Position numbers and translations under genes: made by a program. DNA of 64,000 bases from Deltaproteobacteria bacterium. Lineage in GTDB: Bacteria > Desulfobacterota > GWC2-55-46 > UBA9637. Location: NCBI GenBank assembly GCA_016219285.1, contig JACRNJ010000032.1:21721-85720 (forward strand). The letters are read 5' to 3'. Positions 17,832-25,411 of the stretch are shown piece by piece. The notes below the pieces were generated by a model that did not search any database, had not been told where the DNA came from, and was given only the letters and a program-made list of their open reading frames with translations. Position 1 is the stretch's first letter. Each line of letters begins with the position of its first letter.

Positions 17832-20146
17832 TTATCCAGCGCCTCTCTTATCTTTGTTAAAAGCTCATTCGGCGCTATTGGTTTTGGAAGAAGAACAAAT
17901 CCTGGTTTAAGCAAATCTTTTGCCTTTATCACATCCGCTGTATATCCGCTTATAAAGATGGCCTTGATATTTAGGTCTAACTTTTTTATCCCTTCATAAG
18001 CCTGTCTGCCGTTTAGTCTTGGCATTATCATGTCAAGGATAAGGAGATTTATTTCATCTTTTTTATCAGTAAATTTGCTTATCGCATCTATTCCATCCAC
18101 AGCCTCTATAACCTTATAATTATATTCTTCAAGCACAGCTTTTATTGTTATTCTGCTGTCAGGGTCATCCTCTGCAACAAGAATGGTTTCCATATTGCCT
18201 TTTGGAGCGGCAGCCTCCGTCTCTTTCTTTTTACCCAAGACGCCTTTTTCTAACAGAGGCAAGTATATTTTAAATGCTGTGCCCTGCCCCGGTTCGCTGT
18301 AGACATTTATATAGCCGTTGTGTTGTTTAATAATACCATAGACCATTGACAGTCCAAGCCCTGTGCCTTTTCCAACCTCTTTGGTTGTGAAGAATGGCTC
18401 AAATATCCTTGATTGAATATTTTTATCAATGCCGATGCCTGTATCTGCAAAGGTTATAAGCGCATATTGTCCTTGAATACCGTAATCGTGGTTGTTTATA
18501 AGGTCATTGTCCAATTTCACACGGCTGACATCTATGGTTAATTTTCCCCCTTCCGGCATAGCATCTCTTGCGTTTGCGGCAAGATTTAAGAAAACCTGTT
18601 CAATCTGAGTGGTATCCATTTTCACTATCAGATTTTTATCTGCAAGGGTTACCTTAAGTTCAATGTGTTCGCCAATCACCCTTGCCAGAATCCTTTCAAC
18701 CATTTTTACAAGTTCATTCAAAAGAGCAGGCTGGGGGTTTATAGCATGTTTTCTGCTGAATGTAAGCAGATCCCTGGTAAGGACAGCCGCGCGGTTGGCC
18801 GAGGTTATTATCTCGCCTGTATATTCCTTTACAAGATTGTCGTCGGGTTTTTTTCTAATCAAAAGGGTTCCATATCCTATTATTGCAGTCAGGATATTGT
18901 TGAAATCATGGGCAATGCCGCTGGCAAGCTGGCCTATTGCCTCCATCTTCTGAGAATGTATTAATTGTTCTCCAAGCATCTTTTTTTCTGTGATGTCTCT
19001 GTATACCACCTGGATAGCTATAATTTTTCCATTCTTAAAAACAGGAGAACCATTTGCCTCTATAATGAAAGGATCCCCGTCTTTCCTTATTGCCTTAAGC
19101 TCTACCATCTCCAAAGTCTTGCTGCTCGCCATATCACAAAAGGCCTGTGAAGCCTTTGGGATATCAGTTTCAGCAATGAAATGCTTGAAGTGTTTTCCTA
19201 TAATTTCGTCGGGTTTGTATCCGGCAACCCTCTCCACCGCCGGGGAGGAGTAGATAAATATTCCATCCATATCTATAATATGTATCGCATCAAAGTTCCT
19301 CTCAACCATACTTCTAAACTTTTCCTCACTCTCCTTCAAACTGTCGGTCATGGTTTTGATATGATACGTCATAGTATTGAATGAGGTTGAGAGCATCCCT
19401 ATCTCGTCCCCGTATAATACCGGCACTGTCTGGGAAATGTCTCCTGAGGCCGCAGCCGTCACCGCCACGTTGAGCTTTTTGATTGGTTTAATGATAACAC
19501 TATAAAGAGCAATAAGGCTCCCCAATACAATGAGGCCGCTTAAAAATAAAAACGCAATTTGTAATTGGCGCAGCCTGTTAATCTTTTTCTCTGAAGGAAT
19601 CTTAAACAACATAACCAATCCATTTATATCATCAAGATATGTAAAAATCTCCTGCCTGTAGTCTTTTAATTTCCCTTTGATTCCCACTTTGTCAAAGGGG
19701 GATACAGGGGGATTATTTTCACTGCTTGATGCAAAAAGCATGTTTTGAAACATTGGCTTTACACTCTTATTCCATTTATCTATATTCTGATTAAGCTTGG
19801 CTATTATTTCAGGCGAGTCTTGCTTCTTAAGGTTATAGCTCTGATTACCGTCTCTGAGTCCGAAGAGGATATCTTCAAACAGATTTATCTCTTTATCAAG
19901 TTCGGTCTTTGCCCCTGCATCCTGTTCTATCCCCTCATCATAATTTTCTGCTAAAAACGCAATCTTCAATAATCTCACCCGCTCGGCACCAACCATATTT
20001 ATGATAACGGAGTTTCCCTTTAATGCAGCCACGGTATTTTCCCATATCATAAACAGCATGAGTTCAAGAAAACAGGCAGCAAACAAAACCACAGCAGTTT
20101 TGAAAAAAAGCGATTTTTTACCTTGGATATTAAACATATTTGTCAC
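17828..20146 (-). CDS. hybrid sensor histidine kinase (TM-sensor-HAMP-PAS-HisKA-HATPase-REC)
   Basis: HisKA H-box LASGIAHDFNNIL, an HATPase G-boxes region (DTGIGI...GTGLGLSMV), and a C-terminal receiver (ILVAEDDPD...LILDMIMPRLNG). Overlaps the downstream response regulator by 4 nt. Confidence 0.85.
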   Translation of the reverse strand: MTNMFNIQGKKSLFFKTAVVLFAACFLELMLFMIWENTVAALKGNSVIINMVGAERVRLLKIAFLAENYDEGIEQDAGAKTELDKEINLFEDILFGLRDGNQSYNLKKQDSPEIIAKLNQNIDKWNKSVKPMFQNMLFASSSENNPPVSPFDKVGIKGKLKDYRQEIFTYLDDINGLVMLFKIPSEKKINRLRQLQIAFLFLSGLIVLGSLIALYSVIIKPIKKLNVAVTAAASGDISQTVPVLYGDEIGMLSTSFNTMTYHIKTMTDSLKESEEKFRSMVERNFDAIHIIDMDGIFIYSSPAVERVAGYKPDEIIGKHFKHFIAETDIPKASQAFCDMASSKTLEMVELKAIRKDGDPFIIEANGSPVFKNGKIIAIQVVYRDITEKKMLGEQLIHSQKMEAIGQLASGIAHDFNNILTAIIGYGTLLIRKKPDDNLVKEYTGEIITSANRAAVLTRDLLTFSRKHAINPQPALLNELVKMVERILARVIGEHIELKVTLADKNLIVKMDTTQIEQVFLNLAANARDAMPEGGKLTIDVSRVKLDNDLINNHDYGIQGQYALITFADTGIGIDKNIQSRIFEPFFTTKEVGKGTGLGLSMVYGIIKQHNGYINVYSEPGQGTAFKIYLPLLEKGVLGKKKETEAAAPKGNMETILVAEDDPDSRITIKAVLEEYNYKVIEAVDGIDAISKFTDKKDEINLLILDMIMPRLNGRQAYEGIKKLDLNIKAIFISGYTADVIKAKDLLKPGFVLLPKPIAPNELLTKIREALDK

Positions 20147-20184
20147 AAAAATGGGATGAGGCCGCCCCTTGGTTAGGCACTGTT

Positions 20185-20218
20185 AAAACCGTGCCTACAA
20201 AAGTGTAGGCACGGTTTT
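20185..20218. promoter_or_regulatory. perfect 15-bp-stem palindrome in a divergent promoter region
   Basis: aaaaccgtgcctacaAAAGtgtaggcacggtttt, lying between the divergently transcribed histidine kinase gene and the cysteine desulfurase family gene. Confidence 0.4.
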
Positions 20219-20320
20219 ATTCGTGCTAAGAGCATAGCACAAACTTTATGAATTGCAAGGAGGGGCATTCTTTTCTTGAACAATCCATAGAAATTGATAT
20301 TATGATTGAGATTTTAGAAT

Positions 20321-20373
20321 GTAGTTTGCCCATTTATGGGCGTCTTAAAAATCGCCGATAAATCGGCAACTAC
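20321..20373. mobile_element. MITE-like palindromic element, canonical 53 bp copy
   Basis: gtagtt-tgcccatttatgggcg-tcttaaaaat-cgccgataaatcggca-actac. It has terminal inverted repeats and two internal perfect palindromes. Confidence 0.85.
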
Positions 20374-20392
20374 AACTTGAGGTTATAGAACC

Positions 20393-21523
20393 ATGATATA
20401 CTTAGACAATGCAGCCACATCATATCCAAAACCCGAATCGGTCTATCAAAGGATAGACCATATCTTGAGGCACACAGGCGGAAATCCGGGGAGGAGCGGC
20501 CACAGAATGGCCCTGGACGCAAGCCGTGTGATATTTGAGGCAAGGGAAAGCGCTGCCAGACTTTTTAACATCAAAAATGCCTCAAGGATTGTATTTACAA
20601 AGAATGCCACAGAGGCTATAAATATTGCGTTTAAGGGTATTTTAAGACAAGAAGAACATGTTGTTACGACATCCATTGAGCATAATGCGGTTGTAAAACC
20701 TCTAAAAAGACTGGAGGCGCGGGGGGTTCAAGTTACACAACTTAAGGTTGATAAAAACGGCTGGGTTGAGCCAAAGGATATTGAAAAGGCAATAAGAAAA
20801 GAGACAAAACTCATATCTGTTGTCCATGCCTCGAATGTGTTCGGCGCAATACTTCCTGTGGCAGAGATAGGCAGGATATGCAGAAAGAAAAATGTTTTAT
20901 TCATGGTTGATGCCGCTCAAACAGCAGGCGCAATGCCCATAGATATTGAGGCATTAAATGTGGATATATTCGCTGCCACAGGACACAAGAGCCTGTTTGG
21001 CCCGCAGGGCACAGGGTTATTGTATGTTAGGGAAGGGATTGAACCGTTGCCTTTTATTGACGGAGGCACAGGCGAGGATGATGAGCTGGTAGAAATCCCT
21101 GACAGGCTTGAATCAGGCACCATAAACACCCCAGGCATAGGAGGGCTTGGCGCAGGCATAGAATTTCTCTTAAAAGAGGGTGTTAAAAAGATAAGGCGGT
21201 ATGAAGAGGGGCTAATAAGGCAGATATTGGATGGTTTATCAGGCATAAAAGGCATAGAGATTATCGGGCCGCAGGATGAAAAAAAGAGAACACATCTTGT
21301 TTCGTTTAATATGCAAGGCAAAGACCCTTCGGATATCGGTTACAGACTGGATAATGAATTCGGCATTATGTTAAGATGCGGTCTTCACTGCGCCCCTTGC
21401 GCTCATAGGTCTGCCGGCACTTATCCATCAGGGGCTGTTAGGGTAAGCCCGGGATATTTTAATACGGCTGATGATATAGAGGAGTTTTTGAGGGGAGTGA
21501 GGGAGATAAGTTGCGGGTTTTAA
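20393..21523 (+). CDS. cysteine desulfurase family protein (aminotransferase class V, NifS/CsdA-like subgroup)
   Basis: PLP-dependent class V fold with a conserved lysine region (ATGHKSL) and a C-terminal Cys loop (RCGLHCAPCAH). Length 376 aa. Confidence 0.75.
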   Translation: MIYLDNAATSYPKPESVYQRIDHILRHTGGNPGRSGHRMALDASRVIFEARESAARLFNIKNASRIVFTKNATEAINIAFKGILRQEEHVVTTSIEHNAVVKPLKRLEARGVQVTQLKVDKNGWVEPKDIEKAIRKETKLISVVHASNVFGAILPVAEIGRICRKKNVLFMVDAAQTAGAMPIDIEALNVDIFAATGHKSLFGPQGTGLLYVREGIEPLPFIDGGTGEDDELVEIPDRLESGTINTPGIGGLGAGIEFLLKEGVKKIRRYEEGLIRQILDGLSGIKGIEIIGPQDEKKRTHLVSFNMQGKDPSDIGYRLDNEFGIMLRCGLHCAPCAHRSAGTYPSGAVRVSPGYFNTADDIEEFLRGVREISCGF

Positions 21524-21600
21524 GTTATTAAGATTTAAGTTGTAAGATTTAAGTCTTTTACTTACAACTTTCAACCTACAACTTGAATCTTTAATTTATT

Positions 21601-22716
21601 ATGTTAATCCTCGGTATTGAATCTTCATGCGATGATATGGCTGCTGCGGTTGTAAAAGACGGCAGGTATATCCTTTCCAATGTTGTGTCTTCTCAAGATG
21701 AGATACATAAAAAATATGGCGGTATTGTGCCTGAACTTGCGTCAAGAAGGCACCTTGAGACAGTTATACCGGTAGTAGAGGAGGCATTAAATCAGGCAAA
21801 AGTAACATTGGATGATATAGATGCCATTGGTGTCACGCAGGGTCCCGGGTTGGTTGGCTCCATACTTGTCGGTCTTTCATTTGCAAAGGCTATCTGCTAT
21901 GTAAAGGACATGTCATTTGTCGGAGTGAATCATATAACAGCGCATCCTATGGCAGTGTTTTTAGAGGCAGGGAGCAGGGAACAGGGAACAGGGAATGGAA
22001 ATGATAATATCCGACCCCCGATCCCTGATCCCCAATATCCGATTTTTCCCTTCATCGCCCTTGTTGTATCAGGCGGGCATACCACACTTTTTAAATTTAA
22101 AGACTTTGATAATTATGAAATCCTTGGCCAAACCAGAGACGACGCGGCAGGAGAGGCGTTTGACAAGGTTGCAAAACTTTTGGGGCTCGGCTATCCGGGC
22201 GGCGCTGTTATAGACAGGCTTGCAAAAAGCGGAAATGTTTCTGCAATAGAGTTTACACGGCCATATATATCAAAGGATACCCTTGATTTCAGCTTCAGCG
22301 GCATTAAGACAGCAGTTCTTAATTATCTTAAGGAAACTGAAAGTCATGGGTCAGGGGTCAGTGGTCAGGGGTCAGGGTTTAAATCGAAAATCGAAAATCG
22401 AAAATCGAAAATCAATATAAACGACCTTGCGGCCAGTTTTCAAGAGGCAATCGTTGATGTGCTGACAGACAAGGCTGTTTCGGCATGCAAGGCTAATAAC
22501 ATAGATAGCCTGGTAGTTTCCGGCGGAGTTGCCTGCAACAGCAGATTGAGAGAAAAAATGCGCATAAAATCTAAAGACAATAGCATAAAGATTTTTATCC
22601 CGGAGCCAGGACTGTGCAGCGATAACGGCGCTATGATTGCGGCGGCAGCGTATCATTTTTTAAAGAATGGAATCAGAGGCGGGCTTGATATGAATGCGAT
22701 ACCAAATATGGAATAA
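21601..22716 (+). CDS. tsaD: tRNA N6-adenosine threonylcarbamoyltransferase TsaD (Kae1/Gcp) carrying two in-frame repeat insertions
   Basis: Conserved motifs LGIESSCDD, GGIVPELASRRH, VSGGHT and GGVACN are present. There are two low-complexity inserts (EQGTGNGND..., HGSGVSGQGSGFKSKIENRKSKI), each encoded by DNA tandem repeats. Confidence 0.9.
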   Translation: MLILGIESSCDDMAAAVVKDGRYILSNVVSSQDEIHKKYGGIVPELASRRHLETVIPVVEEALNQAKVTLDDIDAIGVTQGPGLVGSILVGLSFAKAICYVKDMSFVGVNHITAHPMAVFLEAGSREQGTGNGNDNIRPPIPDPQYPIFPFIALVVSGGHTTLFKFKDFDNYEILGQTRDDAAGEAFDKVAKLLGLGYPGGAVIDRLAKSGNVSAIEFTRPYISKDTLDFSFSGIKTAVLNYLKETESHGSGVSGQGSGFKSKIENRKSKININDLAASFQEAIVDVLTDKAVSACKANNIDSLVVSGGVACNSRLREKMRIKSKDNSIKIFIPEPGLCSDNGAMIAAAAYHFLKNGIRGGLDMNAIPNME

Positions 22717-22721
22717 AGAAT

Positions 22722-22790
22722 GTAGTGTGCCCATTTATGGGCGTATTTAAAAACGTAGATAAACCGATAAGCTGCAAATCATTGACTACA
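22722..22790. mobile_element. MITE-like element, degenerate copy
   Basis: gtagtgtgcccatttatgggcg...cgtagataaaccgataagc...gactacaatc. Confidence 0.6.
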
Positions 22791-22797
22791 ATCAAGA

Positions 22798-23763
22798 TTG
22801 CCGATGTTAAACAAACCAAAGAAAAATTCTAAAACGCCGATAAATCGGCAACTACAATCTTACGGTTTTTCTCCCTTAAAAAGATTCAGCCAAAACTTTC
22901 TCACCGATGAACGGATTGCCGGCAAGATTATTGATGCGTTTGAACTGAAAGAGGACGATACGGTAATAGAAATAGGCCCCGGTCTTGGCATGCTGACAGA
23001 GCGGCTGTTGGACACAGGGGCAAAGGTTCTGGCAATAGAGATAGATAAGGGTTTTGCAGATATTCTTGATAAAAGATTCGGCAGCAGGGATAATTTTGAA
23101 AAAATAATATGTCAAGATGCATTAAAAATTTCGTATAAAGAATTGTTTTGTAGGGTGGGCTGCGCCCACCAAAAACAGACGGATAAAAATGGCGGGCAAA
23201 GCCCGCCCTACAACGATAACAAGAAGCTTGCCCCTGCGGGCATAAAACAGTGGTTTAAGGTTATTTCCAATCTCCCTTACAACATCTCAACACCCATTAT
23301 TTTTAAACTTCTTGAGGAGCGCGAGATATTTTCAATGTTCCTGCTTATGCTGCAAAAAGAGGTGGCCGAACGGATTGTATCGCAGCCTGACACAAAAGAG
23401 TACGGTGTTTTGTCTATATTTGTTCAACTGTTTGCAGATGTAAATATAGAGTTTGATGTGCCGCCATCTTCATTTTATCCAAAACCAAATGTCTATTCTT
23501 CTGTTGTTAGGTTCACTATATTGCAGAAACCGAGAGTTGAAATATATGACATCAGCTTTTTTAAAAGAGTTGTTAAGGCGTCTTTTGGGCAGAGGAGGAA
23601 AACCCTGCTAAATGCCTTAAAGGTTTTAAAACTGACAACCCAGGAGATTAGAAATGCCTTAGAGCAATCTGGTATAGAGCCGCAGGCAAGGGGGGAGACC
23701 CTTAGCCTTAAAGAATTTGGAATATTAAGCAATAACTTGAAGAAAATAGCAGAACATATTTAA
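22798..23763 (+). CDS. rsmA: 16S rRNA (adenine1518/1519-N6)-dimethyltransferase KsgA/RsmA with in-frame REPIN-derived insert
   Basis: Conserved motifs FSQNFL, IEIGPGLGMLT and NLPYNIST are present. A half-MITE (22832-22860) encodes part of the N-terminus. The full REPIN-like doublet at 23151-23212 is translated in frame as CRVGCAHQKQTDKNGGQSPPYN. Confidence 0.85.
   Translation: MPMLNKPKKNSKTPINRQLQSYGFSPLKRFSQNFLTDERIAGKIIDAFELKEDDTVIEIGPGLGMLTERLLDTGAKVLAIEIDKGFADILDKRFGSRDNFEKIICQDALKISYKELFCRVGCAHQKQTDKNGGQSPPYNDNKKLAPAGIKQWFKVISNLPYNISTPIIFKLLEEREIFSMFLLMLQKEVAERIVSQPDTKEYGVLSIFVQLFADVNIEFDVPPSSFYPKPNVYSSVVRFTILQKPRVEIYDISFFKRVVKASFGQRRKTLLNALKVLKLTTQEIRNALEQSGIEPQARGETLSLKEFGILSNNLKKIAEHI
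23151..23212. repeat. REPIN-like palindromic doublet, copy 2 of 3, located inside the rsmA coding sequence
   Basis: tagggtgggctgcgcccaccaaaaacagacggataaaaatggcgggcaaagcccgccctaca. Confidence 0.85.
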
Positions 23764-23830
23764 AAAGGCTTTTATAATTGGATATGACTTTAAAAATTTT
23801 AACAATGCGCAACTTGAAAGAGGAGACAAT

Positions 23831-24151
23831 ATGGAAAAATATATCATGGTTTTGATTGCTGCAGGCTCCTTGCAGGAGGGGGAGGAGATAGGGAGCGAAC
23901 TTGTGAAACATGGTTTGGCAGCCTGCTGCAATATCATACCTGAGATAAAATCCATGTTTAAGTGGAAGGGTGAAATATGCAAACAAACCGAGGTTCTGCT
24001 TTTGGTGAAAAGCAAGGCATCTCTCTTTAAAAAGCTGGAAAAACGGGTTAAAAAACTGCACAGTTACGAGGTGCCGGAGATTATAGCCTTTCCAATAGAG
24101 GCAGGGTTGCAGGATTACTTTAAATGGATGGATGAGGTATTGAAAACATAA
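23831..24151 (+). CDS. cutA: divalent-cation tolerance protein CutA
   Basis: Size 106 aa with the CutA1 pattern (HGLAACCNI...KWKGEI...SYEVPEI). Confidence 0.8.
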   Translation: MEKYIMVLIAAGSLQEGEEIGSELVKHGLAACCNIIPEIKSMFKWKGEICKQTEVLLLVKSKASLFKKLEKRVKKLHSYEVPEIIAFPIEAGLQDYFKWMDEVLKT

Positions 24152-24159
24152 AAACCGTG

Positions 24160-24230
24160 AGCCGTGACCGTTTCCAGTGTCCGTATTTGTATTTTACGGT
24201 CACGGTAAACGGACACTGACAACGATATTT
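24160..24230. repeat. long inverted repeat (ccgtgaccgt / acggacacgg family) in a 5' leader
   Basis: gtgaccgtttccagtgtccgta...tacggtcacggtaaacggacact. A related copy lies at 60395-60480. Confidence 0.7.
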
Positions 24231-24233
24231 TCT

Positions 24234-24899
24234 ATGTCCATTTCCGTCATAATTCCAACCTTGAATGAAGAAGATAATCTTGAACATACCTTGAAATCAG
24301 TTGGCCAAGATGCGGAGATTATTATTGCAGACGCCGGAAGCAGTGATTCCACAATCAAAATAGCCAATGGGTTCACAGACAAGATTATCATGTCGGAAAA
24401 AGGAAGAGGCGCTCAGATGGATAACGGGGCAAGAATGGCGACAGGCGATATATTCCTTTTCCTACATGCAGACACAAGGCTTCCTGATGGCTGGATGGAA
24501 AAAGTTGCAGAAGCGCTAAAAGATGCTAAAGTTGTTGGAGGGGGGTTCAGGTTAAAAATAAACTCAGGAAAATTCTCTTTTAGTATTATAGAGGCAATAG
24601 TTAATCTTCGGTCAAGACGCCTTGGCTTTATCTACGGGGACCAGGCTATATTTGTCAGAAGGGATGTCTTTTTATCGGTTGGAGGTTTTATGGGGCTTCC
24701 ACTGATGGAGGATGTGGACTTAATGAGAAGGCTCAAGAAGGTTGGCAAGGTTATTTTAGTGGATGCGCAGGCCTCTACATCTCCGAGGCGCTGGGAGAAG
24801 AGAGGTGTTTTGAGGACAACTTTAAGAAACTGGATGTTTTTGAGCCTTTATTATCTTGGTGTTTCTCCGCAAAAATTATATAAATGTTATTATCAGTAG
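24234..24899 (+). CDS. family 2 glycosyltransferase
   Basis: N-terminal pattern SVIIPTLNEE...IIADAGSSD...GRGAQMDNG...GDIFLFLHADT is a GT-A fold with a DxD region. The ATG at 24234 is preferred over the ORF-track start at 24177, which lies in the hairpin. Confidence 0.7.
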   Translation: MSISVIIPTLNEEDNLEHTLKSVGQDAEIIIADAGSSDSTIKIANGFTDKIIMSEKGRGAQMDNGARMATGDIFLFLHADTRLPDGWMEKVAEALKDAKVVGGGFRLKINSGKFSFSIIEAIVNLRSRRLGFIYGDQAIFVRRDVFLSVGGFMGLPLMEDVDLMRRLKKVGKVILVDAQASTSPRRWEKRGVLRTTLRNWMFLSLYYLGVSPQKLYKCYYQ

Positions 24900-25014
24900 T
24901 CTGCCGATTTATCGGCGATTGTAACTCAAACCTTCAGATTTGAGTTTTTCAAGGCTAAAGCCTTGAGTTACAAAATGCGCCCATAAATGGGCAGGCTGCA
25001 AAAATATTAACTAC
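24896..25014. mobile_element. MITE-like element, inverted orientation with nested internal hairpin insert
   Basis: gtagtctgccgatttatcggcg...(gtaactcaaa...ttgagttac insert)...cgcccataaatgggcag...aactac. Confidence 0.8.
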
Positions 25015-25062
25015 GTCCAATAAGATTAATCCTGCGGCTATAAAGCATTTACAGGTAATTTT

Positions 25063-25274
25063 ATGTGTAAAACTAAGATTGTTGCCACATTAGGACATTC
25101 TACTACGACTTTAGAAGGAATAAAAAACTTACCAGGACATGGCTTCTGAAAGACGGAAAACCAATAAGGCTTATTAAATCAGGAAACCATATTACCATAA
25201 CCACACGAGATATTTATGGCAAAGAAGGGCTTATTGCCGCATCGTATAATCAAAAATCAAAAAAAGATTCTTGA
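25063..25274 (+). pseudogene. pyk: pyruvate kinase remnant (severely deleted, frameshifted)
   Basis: MCKTKIVATLGHSTTTLEGIKNL matches the pyruvate kinase N-terminus (TKIVxTLGP). After a stop and frameshift, DGKPIRLIKSGNHITITT...GLIAASYNQ resembles the B-domain. Only about 0.2 kb of a roughly 1.4 kb gene remains. Confidence 0.5.
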
Positions 25275-25411
25275 AAAGGGGGGATGTGGTTGTTATAGTC
25301 TAGGGGGGCTTCACCGACAACGGGTGCAACAAATATGATGAAGGCGAGCAGGGTAGGGGAGTAAAAAGACTTTAAACTTCAAATTGAAATCCTAACAACA
25401 AGGAGGTTTTT

